A stretch of 32,000 nucleotides of DNA from Longivirga aurantiaca (lineage in GTDB: Bacteria; Actinomycetota; Actinomycetes; S36-B12; CAIYMF01). The notes below the pieces were generated by a model that saw nothing but the letters and a program-made list of their open reading frames with translations, searched no databases and was not told the origin of the DNA. Made by a program: the position numbers and the translations under genes. The DNA is taken from the NCBI RefSeq assembly GCF_042660085.1, contig NZ_JBHSTI010000008.1, positions 1,389,876-1,421,875 of the forward strand, given 5' to 3'. This document shows positions 8,907-16,693 of the stretch, piece by piece (positions within the stretch are counted from its first letter, which is position 1; every line of letters starts with the position of its first letter).

Positions 8907-8932
8907 AAGGCCCCGGCGTGAGCCGGGGCCTT
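8907..8932 (-). terminator. Strong hairpin, likely terminator of the minus-strand tRNA cluster
   Basis: AAGGCCCCGGC-GTGA-GCCGGGGCCTT, a perfect 11-bp stem with 4-nt loop, 10 nt beyond the last tRNA. Confidence 0.75.
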
Positions 8933-8942
8933 CGTCATGCGT

Positions 8943-9014
8943 GGGCGATACAGGAATCGAACCTGTGACCTCTTCCGTGTCAAGGAAGCGCGCTAGCCCC
9001 TGCGCCAATCGCCC
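8943..9014 (-). tRNA. tRNA-Val (anticodon GAC)
   Basis: GGGCGAT...CTTCC-TTGACAC-GGAAG anticodon arm...AGGTTCGATTCCT...ATCGCCC cloverleaf; acceptor stem 7 bp. Confidence 0.96.
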
Positions 9015-9043
9015 GTGGGGGTGGTGCCCCCGGTGGTGACCGA

Positions 9044-9113
9044 GGTGGAGACGGGATTTGAACCCGTGTACACGGCTTTGCAGGCCGTTGCCTCGCCTCT
9101 CGGCCACTCCACC
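9044..9113 (-). tRNA. tRNA-Cys (anticodon GCA)
   Basis: GGTGGAG...ACGGC-CTGCAAA-GCCGT...GGGTTCAAATCCC...CTCCACC. Confidence 0.95.
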
Positions 9114-9139
9114 GAGCAGACCTCATCGAGGTCTTCCGA

Positions 9140-9211
9140 GCGGACGACGGGACTCGAACCCGCGACCCTCACCTTGGCAAGGTGATGCGCTACCAACTGC
9201 GCTACGTCCGC
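9140..9211 (-). tRNA. tRNA-Gly (anticodon GCC)
   Basis: GCGGACG...TCACC-TTGCCAA-GGTGA...GGGTTCGAGTCCC...CGTCCGC. Confidence 0.96.
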
Positions 9212-9251
9212 CTTGCAGACCGGGGAAATGTCCCCCGTGCTGCGGGACGAA

Positions 9252-9281
9252 ACCATAACCCATCGCCGTCGGACTCTCCAA
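9252..9281 (-). promoter_or_regulatory. Putative promoter of the Gly-Cys-Val tRNA cluster
   Basis: On the minus strand TTGGAG (9281-9276), 18-nt spacer, TATGGT (9257-9252); ~34-nt leader to tRNA-Gly. Confidence 0.4.
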
Positions 9282-9309
9282 AGCGGGCTCGACGGCGCGG
9301 CGACCCGCC

Positions 9310-10254
9310 ATGATGGCCGCCGTGACCGCCGTCGACCCCTTCGCACCCGGTCTGCCCTACGACCCGTCGTGGCCGCGGGCAGGGTCGTGGTTGCGCCGCG
9401 AGAGCGCGGACCACGACTCCGACGCCTCACTCGACCTTGCGCTGCTCGGGATCCCGGCGTTCCGCACGTCGCTGTCGCCGACAGGTGCGGGCGCCACCCC
9501 GGCCGCAGTGCGCGACGCGCTGCTGCGCTACTCCACGCATGCCCACGGCCTCGACCTCGACGCGCTCGTGGTGGCGGACCTCGGCGACGTCGAGGAGCCG
9601 GACGGACGCGAGGGCGAGGAGCGCGTGCGGGCCGCGATGGCGGACGCGGCGTCCCGCGCCCGGCTCGTGGTCGCGCTCGGAGGCGACAACTCGGTCACGT
9701 ACGCCGCGGCGCTCGGCGCCTGGGGGACGGCGCTGCCGACGGCCGGGCTCGTCACGCTCGACGCGCACCACGACCTGCGCGACGGCGAGAGCAACGGCTC
9801 GCCGGTGCGGCGGCTGCTCGATGCGGGGCTCGACGGGTCGCGGGTGGTGCAGATCGGTATCTCGGACTTCGCCAACTCGCGCACCTACTCCGAGCGCGCC
9901 CGCGACGCCGGCATCACGGTGATCGGTCGCGACGACGTCGCCGACCGCGGGATCGGCGCCGCCGTCGCGGGGGCTCTGGCGATCGCAGGAGCTGCGGGCG
10001 GCCCGATCCATGTCGACCTCGACGTGGACGTGTGCGACAGGTCGGTGGCGCCCGGCTGCCCGGCGTCGGTGCCGGGCGGGATCTCCGCGCACGAGCTGCG
10101 CCGCGCCGCGTTCCTCCTCGCGCTCGACCCCCGTGTCTCGTCGCTGGACATCACCGAGGTGGATGCGACCGCGGACGCGCCGGACGGCCGCACCGTGCGC
10201 CTTGCCGCGCTCTGCGTCCTCGAGGCCGCGGCGGGGCTCGCCGCCCGCGCGTGA
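9310..10254 (+). CDS. Arginase/agmatinase/formimidoylglutamase family (ureohydrolase)
   Basis: VVALGGDNSVTYA, LVTLDAHHDLRDG, and HVDLDVDVCDRSVAPGCPASVPGG metal-binding motifs. Confidence 0.88.
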   Translation: MMAAVTAVDPFAPGLPYDPSWPRAGSWLRRESADHDSDASLDLALLGIPAFRTSLSPTGAGATPAAVRDALLRYSTHAHGLDLDALVVADLGDVEEPDGREGEERVRAAMADAASRARLVVALGGDNSVTYAAALGAWGTALPTAGLVTLDAHHDLRDGESNGSPVRRLLDAGLDGSRVVQIGISDFANSRTYSERARDAGITVIGRDDVADRGIGAAVAGALAIAGAAGGPIHVDLDVDVCDRSVAPGCPASVPGGISAHELRRAAFLLALDPRVSSLDITEVDATADAPDGRTVRLAALCVLEAAAGLAARA

Positions 10255-11288
10255 CCCCGGCCGTCGCCCCGCACGAGCCCTGCGCCCACCTCGGCGGACG
10301 GCTCGGCACGGGTCTGCTCGAGGTGAGCCACGACCCTGCCGTGCTCGACCGCGGCGGGTGGTGGGCCGTCGTGCTCCCGTACGACGGTGCGCCGGTGCTG
10401 GCGCGGTTCGCCGACGTCTCCGTGGCAGACGCACCCGAGGGCGACTGGGCCGGGCCGTCGCGCGACTCGTGGTGCTCGTCGGCCTCGCGCGCCGAGTACG
10501 TCGCGGCGGTGCAGGAGGTGCGGTCGCGGATCGCCGCGGGCGACGTGTACCAGGCCAACGTGTGCCGCGTGCTGTCCGCGCCGCTCCCGGACCCGGCGCG
10601 CGCCGACGTCGCCGGCCTCGCCGCGCTGCTCCGCGCCGGCAACCCGTCGCCCTACGGCGGCTTCCTCCGGCTGCCCGAGCTGGGCCTGCACGTGGCGACG
10701 GCGTCCCCCGAGCTGTTCCTGCGGAGGGACGGCGACGTCGTCGAGAGCGGCCCCATCAAGGGCACGGGCCGGACCGCGGACGACCTGGAGCCCAAGGACT
10801 CGGCCGAGAACGTGATGATCGTCGACCTCGTGCGCAACGACCTGGGGGCCGTCTCGAGGACCGGCAGCGTGACGGTGCCCCACCTGCTGGTGCTCGAGCA
10901 GCACCCGGGCCTCGTGCACCTCGTGTCGACCGTGCGCGGCGAGCTGCGCGAGGGCACCACGTGGCCGCAGCTGCTCGGCGCCACCTTCCCGCCGGGCTCG
11001 GTCACCGGTGCTCCGAAGTCGTCGGCCCTGCGGATCATCGCCGAGGTCGAGCGCACGTCCCGCGGCCCCTACTGCGGCGCGGTCGGCTGGGTGGACGCCG
11101 ACGCCGGCACCGCCGAGCTCGCCGTCGCGATACGCACGTTCTGGCGCGACGGCGACCTGCTGCGGTTCGGCACCGGCGCGGGCATCACGTGGGGGAGCGA
11201 CCCGGCGCGGGAATGGGACGAGACCGAGCTGAAGGCGGAGACGCTGCTCGGCGTCGCGGCCGGGTCGTGGGAGGCTGGTCGACCGTGA
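10251..11288 (+). CDS. pabB: Chorismate-binding enzyme, aminodeoxychorismate synthase component I-like
   Basis: GTG start overlapping previous stop (GTGA); IAAGDVYQANVCRVL, ESGPIKGTGRTADDLEPKDSAENVMIVDLVRNDLG, and PPGSVTGAPKSSALRIIAEVE. Confidence 0.85.
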   Translation: MTPAVAPHEPCAHLGGRLGTGLLEVSHDPAVLDRGGWWAVVLPYDGAPVLARFADVSVADAPEGDWAGPSRDSWCSSASRAEYVAAVQEVRSRIAAGDVYQANVCRVLSAPLPDPARADVAGLAALLRAGNPSPYGGFLRLPELGLHVATASPELFLRRDGDVVESGPIKGTGRTADDLEPKDSAENVMIVDLVRNDLGAVSRTGSVTVPHLLVLEQHPGLVHLVSTVRGELREGTTWPQLLGATFPPGSVTGAPKSSALRIIAEVERTSRGPYCGAVGWVDADAGTAELAVAIRTFWRDGDLLRFGTGAGITWGSDPAREWDETELKAETLLGVAAGSWEAGRP

Positions 11289-12133
11289 GCACCCTCGGGA
11301 ACCGGTTCTGGGTCGACGACCGCCTGGTCCTCCCCGCGCAGGCGCAGGTGAGCGTGCTCGACCACGGCCTCACCGTGGGCGACGGCGTGTTCGAGACCCT
11401 GCTGGTGCGCGACGGCGTGCCGTTCGCCCTCACCCGCCACCTCGCCCGCCTCGAGCGCTCGCTGGCCGGCCTCGGCTTCGCGGGTCCCGGCCCGGACCGC
11501 GTCCGCGAGGCCGTCGCCGCCGTGGTGCAGGACGCAGGCGACAGCGCCGCGTTCGCGCGGCTGCGCATCACCGTGACCTCCGGCATCGGGCCGCTCGGCA
11601 GCGACCGCGGCAGCGTCGACCCCACCCTCGTCGTCACCTGCGTGCCGGCCAGGGCCTGGCCCGCCACCTCGTCGCTCGCGACCGTGCCGTGGGTGCGCAA
11701 CGAGCGCTCGGCCGTGGCAGGCCTGAAGACCACGTCGTACGCCGAGAACGCAGTGGCCCTGGCCGAGGCGCACCGGCGCGGGGCGTCCGAGGCCGTCGTC
11801 GCCGACACCCAGGGCCGCCTCTGCGAGGGCACGGGCAGCAACGTCTTCGTGGTGGTGGACGGCGAGGTGCTCACCCCGCACCTGCGCTGCGGAGCCCTGG
11901 CAGGCATCACCCGCGAGCTCGTCCTCGAGTGGGCGCCGGCCGTGGCACCCGTCCGCGAGGCCGACCTGCCCTACGAGATCCTGTTCACCGCCGACGAGGT
12001 CTTCATCACCTCGAGCACACGCGACGTGCACCCGGTCGACCGCGTGGACGACCACGAGGTCGCCGTCGGGCCTGTCACTCTCGACGTGGCCGCCGAGTTC
12101 GCACGGCGCGCCGCGCTGGACGTCGACCCGTGA
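11285..12133 (+). CDS. pabC: Aminotransferase class IV, probable 4-amino-4-deoxychorismate lyase
   Basis: LPAQAQVSVLDHGLTVGDGVFETLLVRDG, GLKTTSYAENAVALAEAHRRGASEAVVADTQGRLCEGTGSNVFVVVDG; 4-bp overlap with pabB-like gene. Confidence 0.85.
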   Translation: MSTLGNRFWVDDRLVLPAQAQVSVLDHGLTVGDGVFETLLVRDGVPFALTRHLARLERSLAGLGFAGPGPDRVREAVAAVVQDAGDSAAFARLRITVTSGIGPLGSDRGSVDPTLVVTCVPARAWPATSSLATVPWVRNERSAVAGLKTTSYAENAVALAEAHRRGASEAVVADTQGRLCEGTGSNVFVVVDGEVLTPHLRCGALAGITRELVLEWAPAVAPVREADLPYEILFTADEVFITSSTRDVHPVDRVDDHEVAVGPVTLDVAAEFARRAALDVDP

Positions 12134-12135
12134 GC

Positions 12136-12612
12136 ATGCGGTTCGCACCGCTCACCGCCGAGCAGGCGGCGGCGTACCTGCCGCACAGCCAGCAGGGGTT
12201 CGCCGACGACCTCGTGCGCGCCGGTGCGCTCGATGCCGAGCGGGCGCTGCGCAAGGCCGTCGCGGACTACTCCAGCCTGGACGAGGGCGGCACGACCTAC
12301 GTCGCGGGCTACGCCGACATCGACGGGACCGAGCAGTGGGTGGGCGTGATCGGCTGGGCGCTCACGGGGTTCGACGCCGACCACGAGGAGCGCACGCTCT
12401 ACATCTACGACCTCGAGGTCTTCGAGCGGTTCCGGCAGCGCGGCTTCGCCGAGGGGCTCCTCGCCTACGCCGCGCAGCGAGCCGCGGAGGCGGGTGCCGA
12501 CGCCGTGCGGCTCACGGTCTGGGCGGGCAACGACTCCGCCGAGGCGCTGTACCGCAAGGTCGGATTCCTTCCCGAGCAGCAGCGGATGCGGCTGCGGCTG
12601 TCGGAGCGCTGA
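12136..12612 (+). CDS. GNAT family N-acetyltransferase
   Basis: YIYDLEVFERFRQRGFAEGLLAYAAQRAAEAGADAVRLTVWAGNDSAEALYRKVGF is a canonical GNAT C-terminal half. Confidence 0.92.
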   Translation: MRFAPLTAEQAAAYLPHSQQGFADDLVRAGALDAERALRKAVADYSSLDEGGTTYVAGYADIDGTEQWVGVIGWALTGFDADHEERTLYIYDLEVFERFRQRGFAEGLLAYAAQRAAEAGADAVRLTVWAGNDSAEALYRKVGFLPEQQRMRLRLSER

Positions 12613-12615
12613 GCG

Positions 12616-13152
12616 CTACGCCAGCGCGCGGCGCACGCGAGTGAGCACGGCGTCCTTGGCGCCGACGAGGGTGTCGCCCGCGTCGACCAGGAGGCCGTCG
12701 ACGACGAACGTCGGGGTGCCGGTGACGCCGAGGGCACGGCCCTCGTCGTGCTCGGCCTTCACGGCGGCGGCGTGCCGTCCGTCGAAGAGCGCGAGCGCCA
12801 CCTCGTCCGAGTCCAGCCCGAGATGCTCGGCGAGCTCGACGTAGTCGCCCGGCCCCTCGAGGGTCTCCATCTGGGCGATGGCGTGCGCGGCGAACTCCTC
12901 GCCGCGGCCCTGTGCGGCCGCCTCGACCTGGCACTGCGCGGCGGCGACGGCCCACACGTGGCTCACGAGCGGGAGGTGGCGCAGCCGCACGACGAGCCGG
13001 TCGCCGAGCTCGTCGCGCAGCTCGTCGAGCAGCTCGGCGGACTCCAGGACGTCCGGGCAGCAGAGGTCGACCCACCAGTCGAGGACGACGGCGCCGTCGT
13101 CGTCGCGGCGAGGGCTGGGGGAGTCGACCTCGGAGAGGCTCACTGCGGGCAT
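12616..13152 (-). CDS. DsbA-family / thioredoxin-like domain protein
   Basis: VVLDWWVDLCCPDVLESAELLDEL...RHLPLVSHVWAVAAAQC...LGVTGTPTFVVDGLLV; TPTF is the cis-Pro motif. Confidence 0.75.
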   Translation of the reverse strand: MPAVSLSEVDSPSPRRDDDGAVVLDWWVDLCCPDVLESAELLDELRDELGDRLVVRLRHLPLVSHVWAVAAAQCQVEAAAQGRGEEFAAHAIAQMETLEGPGDYVELAEHLGLDSDEVALALFDGRHAAAVKAEHDEGRALGVTGTPTFVVDGLLVDAGDTLVGAKDAVLTRVRRALA

Positions 13153-13207
13153 GGGCCGATTCTCGCAGAGGGCGGTGCAGGGGCTGCGTCGGCGGCGGCG
13201 GCGCGCC

Positions 13208-13213
13208 TAGGGT
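13208..13213 (+). promoter_or_regulatory. -10 element (TAGGGT) for leaderless tryptophan 2,3-dioxygenase transcript
   Basis: TANNNT hexamer with 7 nt to the GTG start at 13221. Confidence 0.5.
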
Positions 13214-13220
13214 GCTCGAC

Positions 13221-14069
13221 GTGACCGACGCCCCCGATCCCGCCGCCTCAGCCGTCACCTACGCCTCCTACCTGGAGGTGCCCGGGCTGCTGTCGCTGCA
13301 GAACCCGCGCAGCGAGCAGGACGGCCAGCTCGCCGAGCACGACGAGCTGCTCTTCATCACGATCCACCAGGTCTACGAGCTGTGGTTCAAGCAGGTGCTG
13401 CACGAGCTGCGCGGCGACGAGGCGGCGCCCGGGGCGGGCGGCGTGCAGGGGGCCCTCGCCGAGGGCGACGCGTACGGCGCCATGGCGCTGCTCGGACGCG
13501 TGCTGAAGATCCTGAAGACGCTCGTGTCGCAGGTCGACGTCCTCGAGACCATGACCCCGCTGCAGTTCAACTCGTTCCGCGCCCGCCTCGAGTCGTCGTC
13601 GGGCTTCCAGTCGGCGCAGTTCCGCGAGCTCGAGGCGGTGCTCGGACGCCGCGACCCCCGGCTGCTCACCAACGCCGTTCCGGGCGACCCGATCTGGGAC
13701 CGGGTGCGCGCCGCCACCAGCCGACCGAGCGTGTGGGGGTCGTACCTCGCGTTCCTCGCGATGCGCCAGCACCCGGTGCCGGCCGAGGTCCTCGAGCAGG
13801 ATCCGTTCCTGCCGCTCGAGTCGAACGAGTCCGTGCAGCACGTGCTCGCCCTGGTCTACCGCGGGGACGACGCCGCAGCACTGCTCGCCGAGCGACTGAT
13901 CGACCTCGACGAGGGCCTGCAGGAGTGGCGCTACCGCCACGTGAAGATGGTCGAGCGCACGATCGGCGCGAAGCCCGGAACGGGCGGATCGAGCGGGGTC
14001 GGCTACCTCAGCAGCACGTTGTTCACCCCGGTGTTCCCGGACCTCTGGGCCGTGCGCCAGCAGTTCTAG
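13221..14069 (+). CDS. kynA: Tryptophan 2,3-dioxygenase
   Basis: VTYASYLEVPGLLSLQNPRS, HDELLFITIHQVYELWFKQVLHEL, LKTLVSQVDVLETMTPLQFNSFR, and GTGGSSGVGYLSST. Confidence 0.96.
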   Translation: MTDAPDPAASAVTYASYLEVPGLLSLQNPRSEQDGQLAEHDELLFITIHQVYELWFKQVLHELRGDEAAPGAGGVQGALAEGDAYGAMALLGRVLKILKTLVSQVDVLETMTPLQFNSFRARLESSSGFQSAQFRELEAVLGRRDPRLLTNAVPGDPIWDRVRAATSRPSVWGSYLAFLAMRQHPVPAEVLEQDPFLPLESNESVQHVLALVYRGDDAAALLAERLIDLDEGLQEWRYRHVKMVERTIGAKPGTGGSSGVGYLSSTLFTPVFPDLWAVRQQF

Positions 14070-14476
14070 GCGAGGTCGTCGACCAGGCGCGCGAGCTCGG
14101 CGTCGAGGTCGAACCTGGACGACTCGGTGCCCGCGGGCACGTGGACGTAGGTGCGGTCGAGGAACTCGCGCACCGCGACCGGGTCGGCCTCGAGCAGCGC
14201 GCTGCCGTTAGGGCTCGCGAGCGAGAGGTAGAGCACCGTCCCGCCGGCGGTGGCCACGGGCCACACCGCGACGTCGCCCTCCCCGCTGGGACCGGCGAGG
14301 CCCTCGTCGAGGAGGTCGCGCCCGAACACCCACGTGACGTCGCCGTCGGCCGTCCGGAACACCGCCGTCACGGCCCACGGGTCGGCGGGGCGGTAGCCCA
14401 GCCGGACGGGGACGGTCGCGGACCGGTCGCCTCCGAGCACAAGTCGCAGCTCGAGGTCGGCGCGGACGGGCATCAT
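14066..14476 (-). CDS. ssgB: SsgA-like family (SALP) sporulation/cell division regulator, SsgB-like
   Basis: MMPVRADLELRLVLGGDRSATVPVRLGYRPADPWAVTAVFRTADGDVTWVFGRDLLDEGLAGPSGEGDVAVWPV...LSLASPNGSALLEADPVAVREFLDRT strongly resembles SsgB. Confidence 0.85.
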   Translation of the reverse strand: MMPVRADLELRLVLGGDRSATVPVRLGYRPADPWAVTAVFRTADGDVTWVFGRDLLDEGLAGPSGEGDVAVWPVATAGGTVLYLSLASPNGSALLEADPVAVREFLDRTYVHVPAGTESSRFDLDAELARLVDDLA

Positions 14477-14559
14477 CGGTGGAACGCTCCTTGACCGGGG
14501 GGTGTGCACGACGCGTGCACACCCTTCAGATGCAGGAGGCGCCGCGCAGGACCCGTGCC

Positions 14560-14565
14560 TAGGGT
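14560..14565 (+). promoter_or_regulatory. -10 element (TAGGGT) for leaderless transcript
   Basis: GCCTAGGGTG context identical to that at 13205-13214; 7 nt to GTG 14573. Confidence 0.5.
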
Positions 14566-14572
14566 GTGAGTC

Positions 14573-15040
14573 GTGGCACAGGACGAGCCGGACATCTCCG
14601 CCGAGCACGCGCACATCGGCCCGGGCGAGCCCGATGAGGTCGACGAGGGGCGCGTGTTCGGGCCCCTCGACCGCATCCGCCGCTGGTCGTTCGGGGGCAG
14701 CCTCGCCCGTCGGGTGTTCTGGCGCACCACGGTCCTCGTCGTCGGCGGCACGCTCATGGTCCTCGGCATCGTGATGCTGGTGTTCCCGGGGCCGGGATGG
14801 GCGGCGATCATCCTCGGGCTAGTGGTGCTGGCGTCCGAGTTCGCCTGGTTCAACCGGGTGCTGCACCCGGTACGCCGGATCGCGAGCAAGGCGGCCGAGG
14901 CGGCGACCGATCCGCGCCAGCGCACCCGCAACCTGATCCTGGGGTCGGTCGTGATCGTCGTCGTGGCAGCGGTGGCCTGGTGGTACTACGTGACGTACGG
15001 CGTCAGCCTCGACGGGCTCCGCTGGCTTCCCGGGATCTGA
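14573..15040 (+). CDS. TIGR02611/PGPGW-type transmembrane protein
   Basis: VLVVGGTLMVLGIVMLVFPGPGWAAIILGLVVLASEFAWFNRVL signature. Confidence 0.88.
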   Translation: MAQDEPDISAEHAHIGPGEPDEVDEGRVFGPLDRIRRWSFGGSLARRVFWRTTVLVVGGTLMVLGIVMLVFPGPGWAAIILGLVVLASEFAWFNRVLHPVRRIASKAAEAATDPRQRTRNLILGSVVIVVVAAVAWWYYVTYGVSLDGLRWLPGI

Positions 15041-15059
15041 CGGCGGGGTCGGCGGCCGG

Positions 15060-15089
15060 TTCGGAGCACCGCCGTCGCTTTGGTAGAGT
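15060..15089 (+). promoter_or_regulatory. Putative promoter of tRNA-Val(CAC)
   Basis: TTCGGA (15060-15065), 18-nt spacer, TAGAGT (15084-15089), tRNA start at 15101. Confidence 0.5.
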
Positions 15090-15100
15090 CGCCGCCGCAC

Positions 15101-15172
15101 GGGCGATTGGCGCAGTGGTAGCGCGCTTCGTTCACACCGAAGAGGTCACTGGTTCGAACCCAGTATCGCCCA
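15101..15172 (+). tRNA. tRNA-Val (anticodon CAC)
   Basis: GGGCGAT...CTTCG-TTCACAC-CGAAG...TGGTTCGAACCCA...ATCGCCC. Confidence 0.96.
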
Positions 15173-15186
15173 CCGTGAGATGCGAG

Positions 15187-15208
15187 ACGGCTCCCCTCGG
15201 GGAGCCGT
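15187..15208 (+). terminator. Terminator-like hairpin after tRNA-Val
   Basis: ACGGCTCCCC-TC-GGGGAGCCGT, perfect inverted repeat. Confidence 0.7.
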
Positions 15209-15280
15209 TCGTGCGTTCCGCCCCTGTCGGGATCGTGGGTTCCGACGTACGGTCGTCGGGACGCACGGGAGGGACATCTC

Positions 15281-16522
15281 ATGACGCGCACCGCACGCAC
15301 GCTCGCCGTCTTCGCGGCGGCGGCCGCCACGTCTGCCGCACTGCTCACCGCTCCCGGTGCCGGTGCGGCGCCGGTCCCGGAGCCTGCCGCCGCGCCCGCC
15401 GCGGTGGTGCCGGCAGCCGTGACCCCGGCCGCGAAGCTGCGGGTGCGGACCTCGCTGTCGACCTCGGGCTTCGTGAGCCCCGTGCTCGTCACCTCCGCGA
15501 AGGACGGTGCCAACCGGCTCTACGTCGTGGAGAAGGCCGGGCGCATCCGCTGGGTGAAGGACGGCCGGATCGGCGGCACGTACCTCGACATCCGCGGGCT
15601 GGTGAGCGACTCGGGCGAGCAGGGGATGCTCGGCCTCGCGTTCGCTCCCGACTTCGCGACCTCGCGCTACCTGTGGGTGACCTACACCAACTCGTCGGGC
15701 GCGCTGGTGCTCGCACGCTTCCGCGCGACGACGGCGTCGGCCTCCTCGGTGAGCGCATCGACCCGCCGGACCGTGCTCACCGTGCCGCACCCGACGTACC
15801 AGAACCACAACGGCGGCAACATCGCGTTCGGGCCGGACGGCGCGCTCTACCTCGGCACCGGTGACGGCGGCGGCGGGGGAGACCCGTTCGCCAACGGCCA
15901 GGACCTGACCTCGCTCTCGGGGAAGATCCTGCGCGTCGACGTCCGCTGCAGCACGGCGCTCTACTGCCTGCCGGCAGACAACCCGTACGCCGGGTCGGCG
16001 AACCGCAACGCGCGGCACGTGTGGATGAGCGGCGTCCGCAATCCCTGGCGCTGGTCGTTCGACACCAACGGCACTATCTGGGTGGGCGACGTCGGGCAGG
16101 ACAAGTACGAGGAGGTCACCTACCTGTCGCGCGCGACGCAGAAGGGCGCGGACCTCGGCTGGTCGTGCTGGGAGGCGCGCTCGCGCTTCAACGCATCCCG
16201 CTGCCGGTCCGGCGTCACGTACCGCTTCCCGCAGATCGTGGTGTGCCACCCCAGCGTGAGCAGCAACTGCCCCGCGGGCCGTACGGGCGAGTCGATGACC
16301 GGTGGCTTCGTGTACCGCGGCGTCCAGTACCCGGGTGCCGTCGGCACCTATGTCTTCGCCGACTTCATCACCGGGAAGATGTGGGGCTACCGCGCAGGGG
16401 ACGGCTGGACGCCGTCGCACGCGCTGGGCAACGTGACCGGGTTCGGCCTGTCGGACAGCAGGGAGATCTACGCGGTGACGTACGGCGGAGGCCTCTACAA
16501 GGTGGGGTTCGCCTCGGTGTGA
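15281..16522 (+). CDS. Secreted PQQ-dependent sugar dehydrogenase-like (glucose/sorbosone dehydrogenase family) beta-propeller
   Basis: Signal peptide MTRTARTLAVFAAAAATSAALLTAPGAGAAP; GEQGMLGLAFAPDF, HNGGNIAFGPDGALYLGTGDGG, and LSGKILRVDV. Confidence 0.92.
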   Translation: MTRTARTLAVFAAAAATSAALLTAPGAGAAPVPEPAAAPAAVVPAAVTPAAKLRVRTSLSTSGFVSPVLVTSAKDGANRLYVVEKAGRIRWVKDGRIGGTYLDIRGLVSDSGEQGMLGLAFAPDFATSRYLWVTYTNSSGALVLARFRATTASASSVSASTRRTVLTVPHPTYQNHNGGNIAFGPDGALYLGTGDGGGGGDPFANGQDLTSLSGKILRVDVRCSTALYCLPADNPYAGSANRNARHVWMSGVRNPWRWSFDTNGTIWVGDVGQDKYEEVTYLSRATQKGADLGWSCWEARSRFNASRCRSGVTYRFPQIVVCHPSVSSNCPAGRTGESMTGGFVYRGVQYPGAVGTYVFADFITGKMWGYRAGDGWTPSHALGNVTGFGLSDSREIYAVTYGGGLYKVGFASV

Positions 16523-16598
16523 GGTGACGCCCCCGGGCGTTCACCCGCCCGTCGTCGGGTGGCTGTGATCGCAGGCGCGACGGCGTACGCAGCGCCGC

Positions 16599-16604
16599 TA
16601 GGCT
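16599..16604 (+). promoter_or_regulatory. Putative -10 (TAGGCT) for thrS
   Basis: TANNNT hexamer implying a ~80-nt 5' leader before the GTG at 16694. Confidence 0.35.
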
Positions 16605-16693
16605 GACGGCTCCAGAACCCGGCGCCTCGTACCCGCCGGGCCCCTCGGCCAGGTCCCTCGTCACGGCCCGGCCCCCGAGCACGTGGAGTCCGA

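Noticed and set aside
11069-12148. 359-aa minus-strand ORF
   Set aside because: Antisense to the class IV aminotransferase; composition is typical of spurious high-GC ORFs.
8943-15172. The two tRNA-Val genes as evidence of tRNA-targeted integration
   Set aside because: Both tRNAs are intact, differ in anticodon (GAC and CAC) and sequence, and no integrase lies nearby; they are normal isoacceptors.
16543-16562. CACCCG...CGGGTG hairpin after the sugar dehydrogenase
   Set aside because: Plausible terminator but short with an 8-nt loop and no T tract; too weak to list as a feature in this GC context.
16605-16693. Possible T-box or riboswitch in the thrS leader
   Set aside because: No AGGGTGG-like T-box core or other riboswitch core found in the ~80-nt leader; only GC-rich runs.
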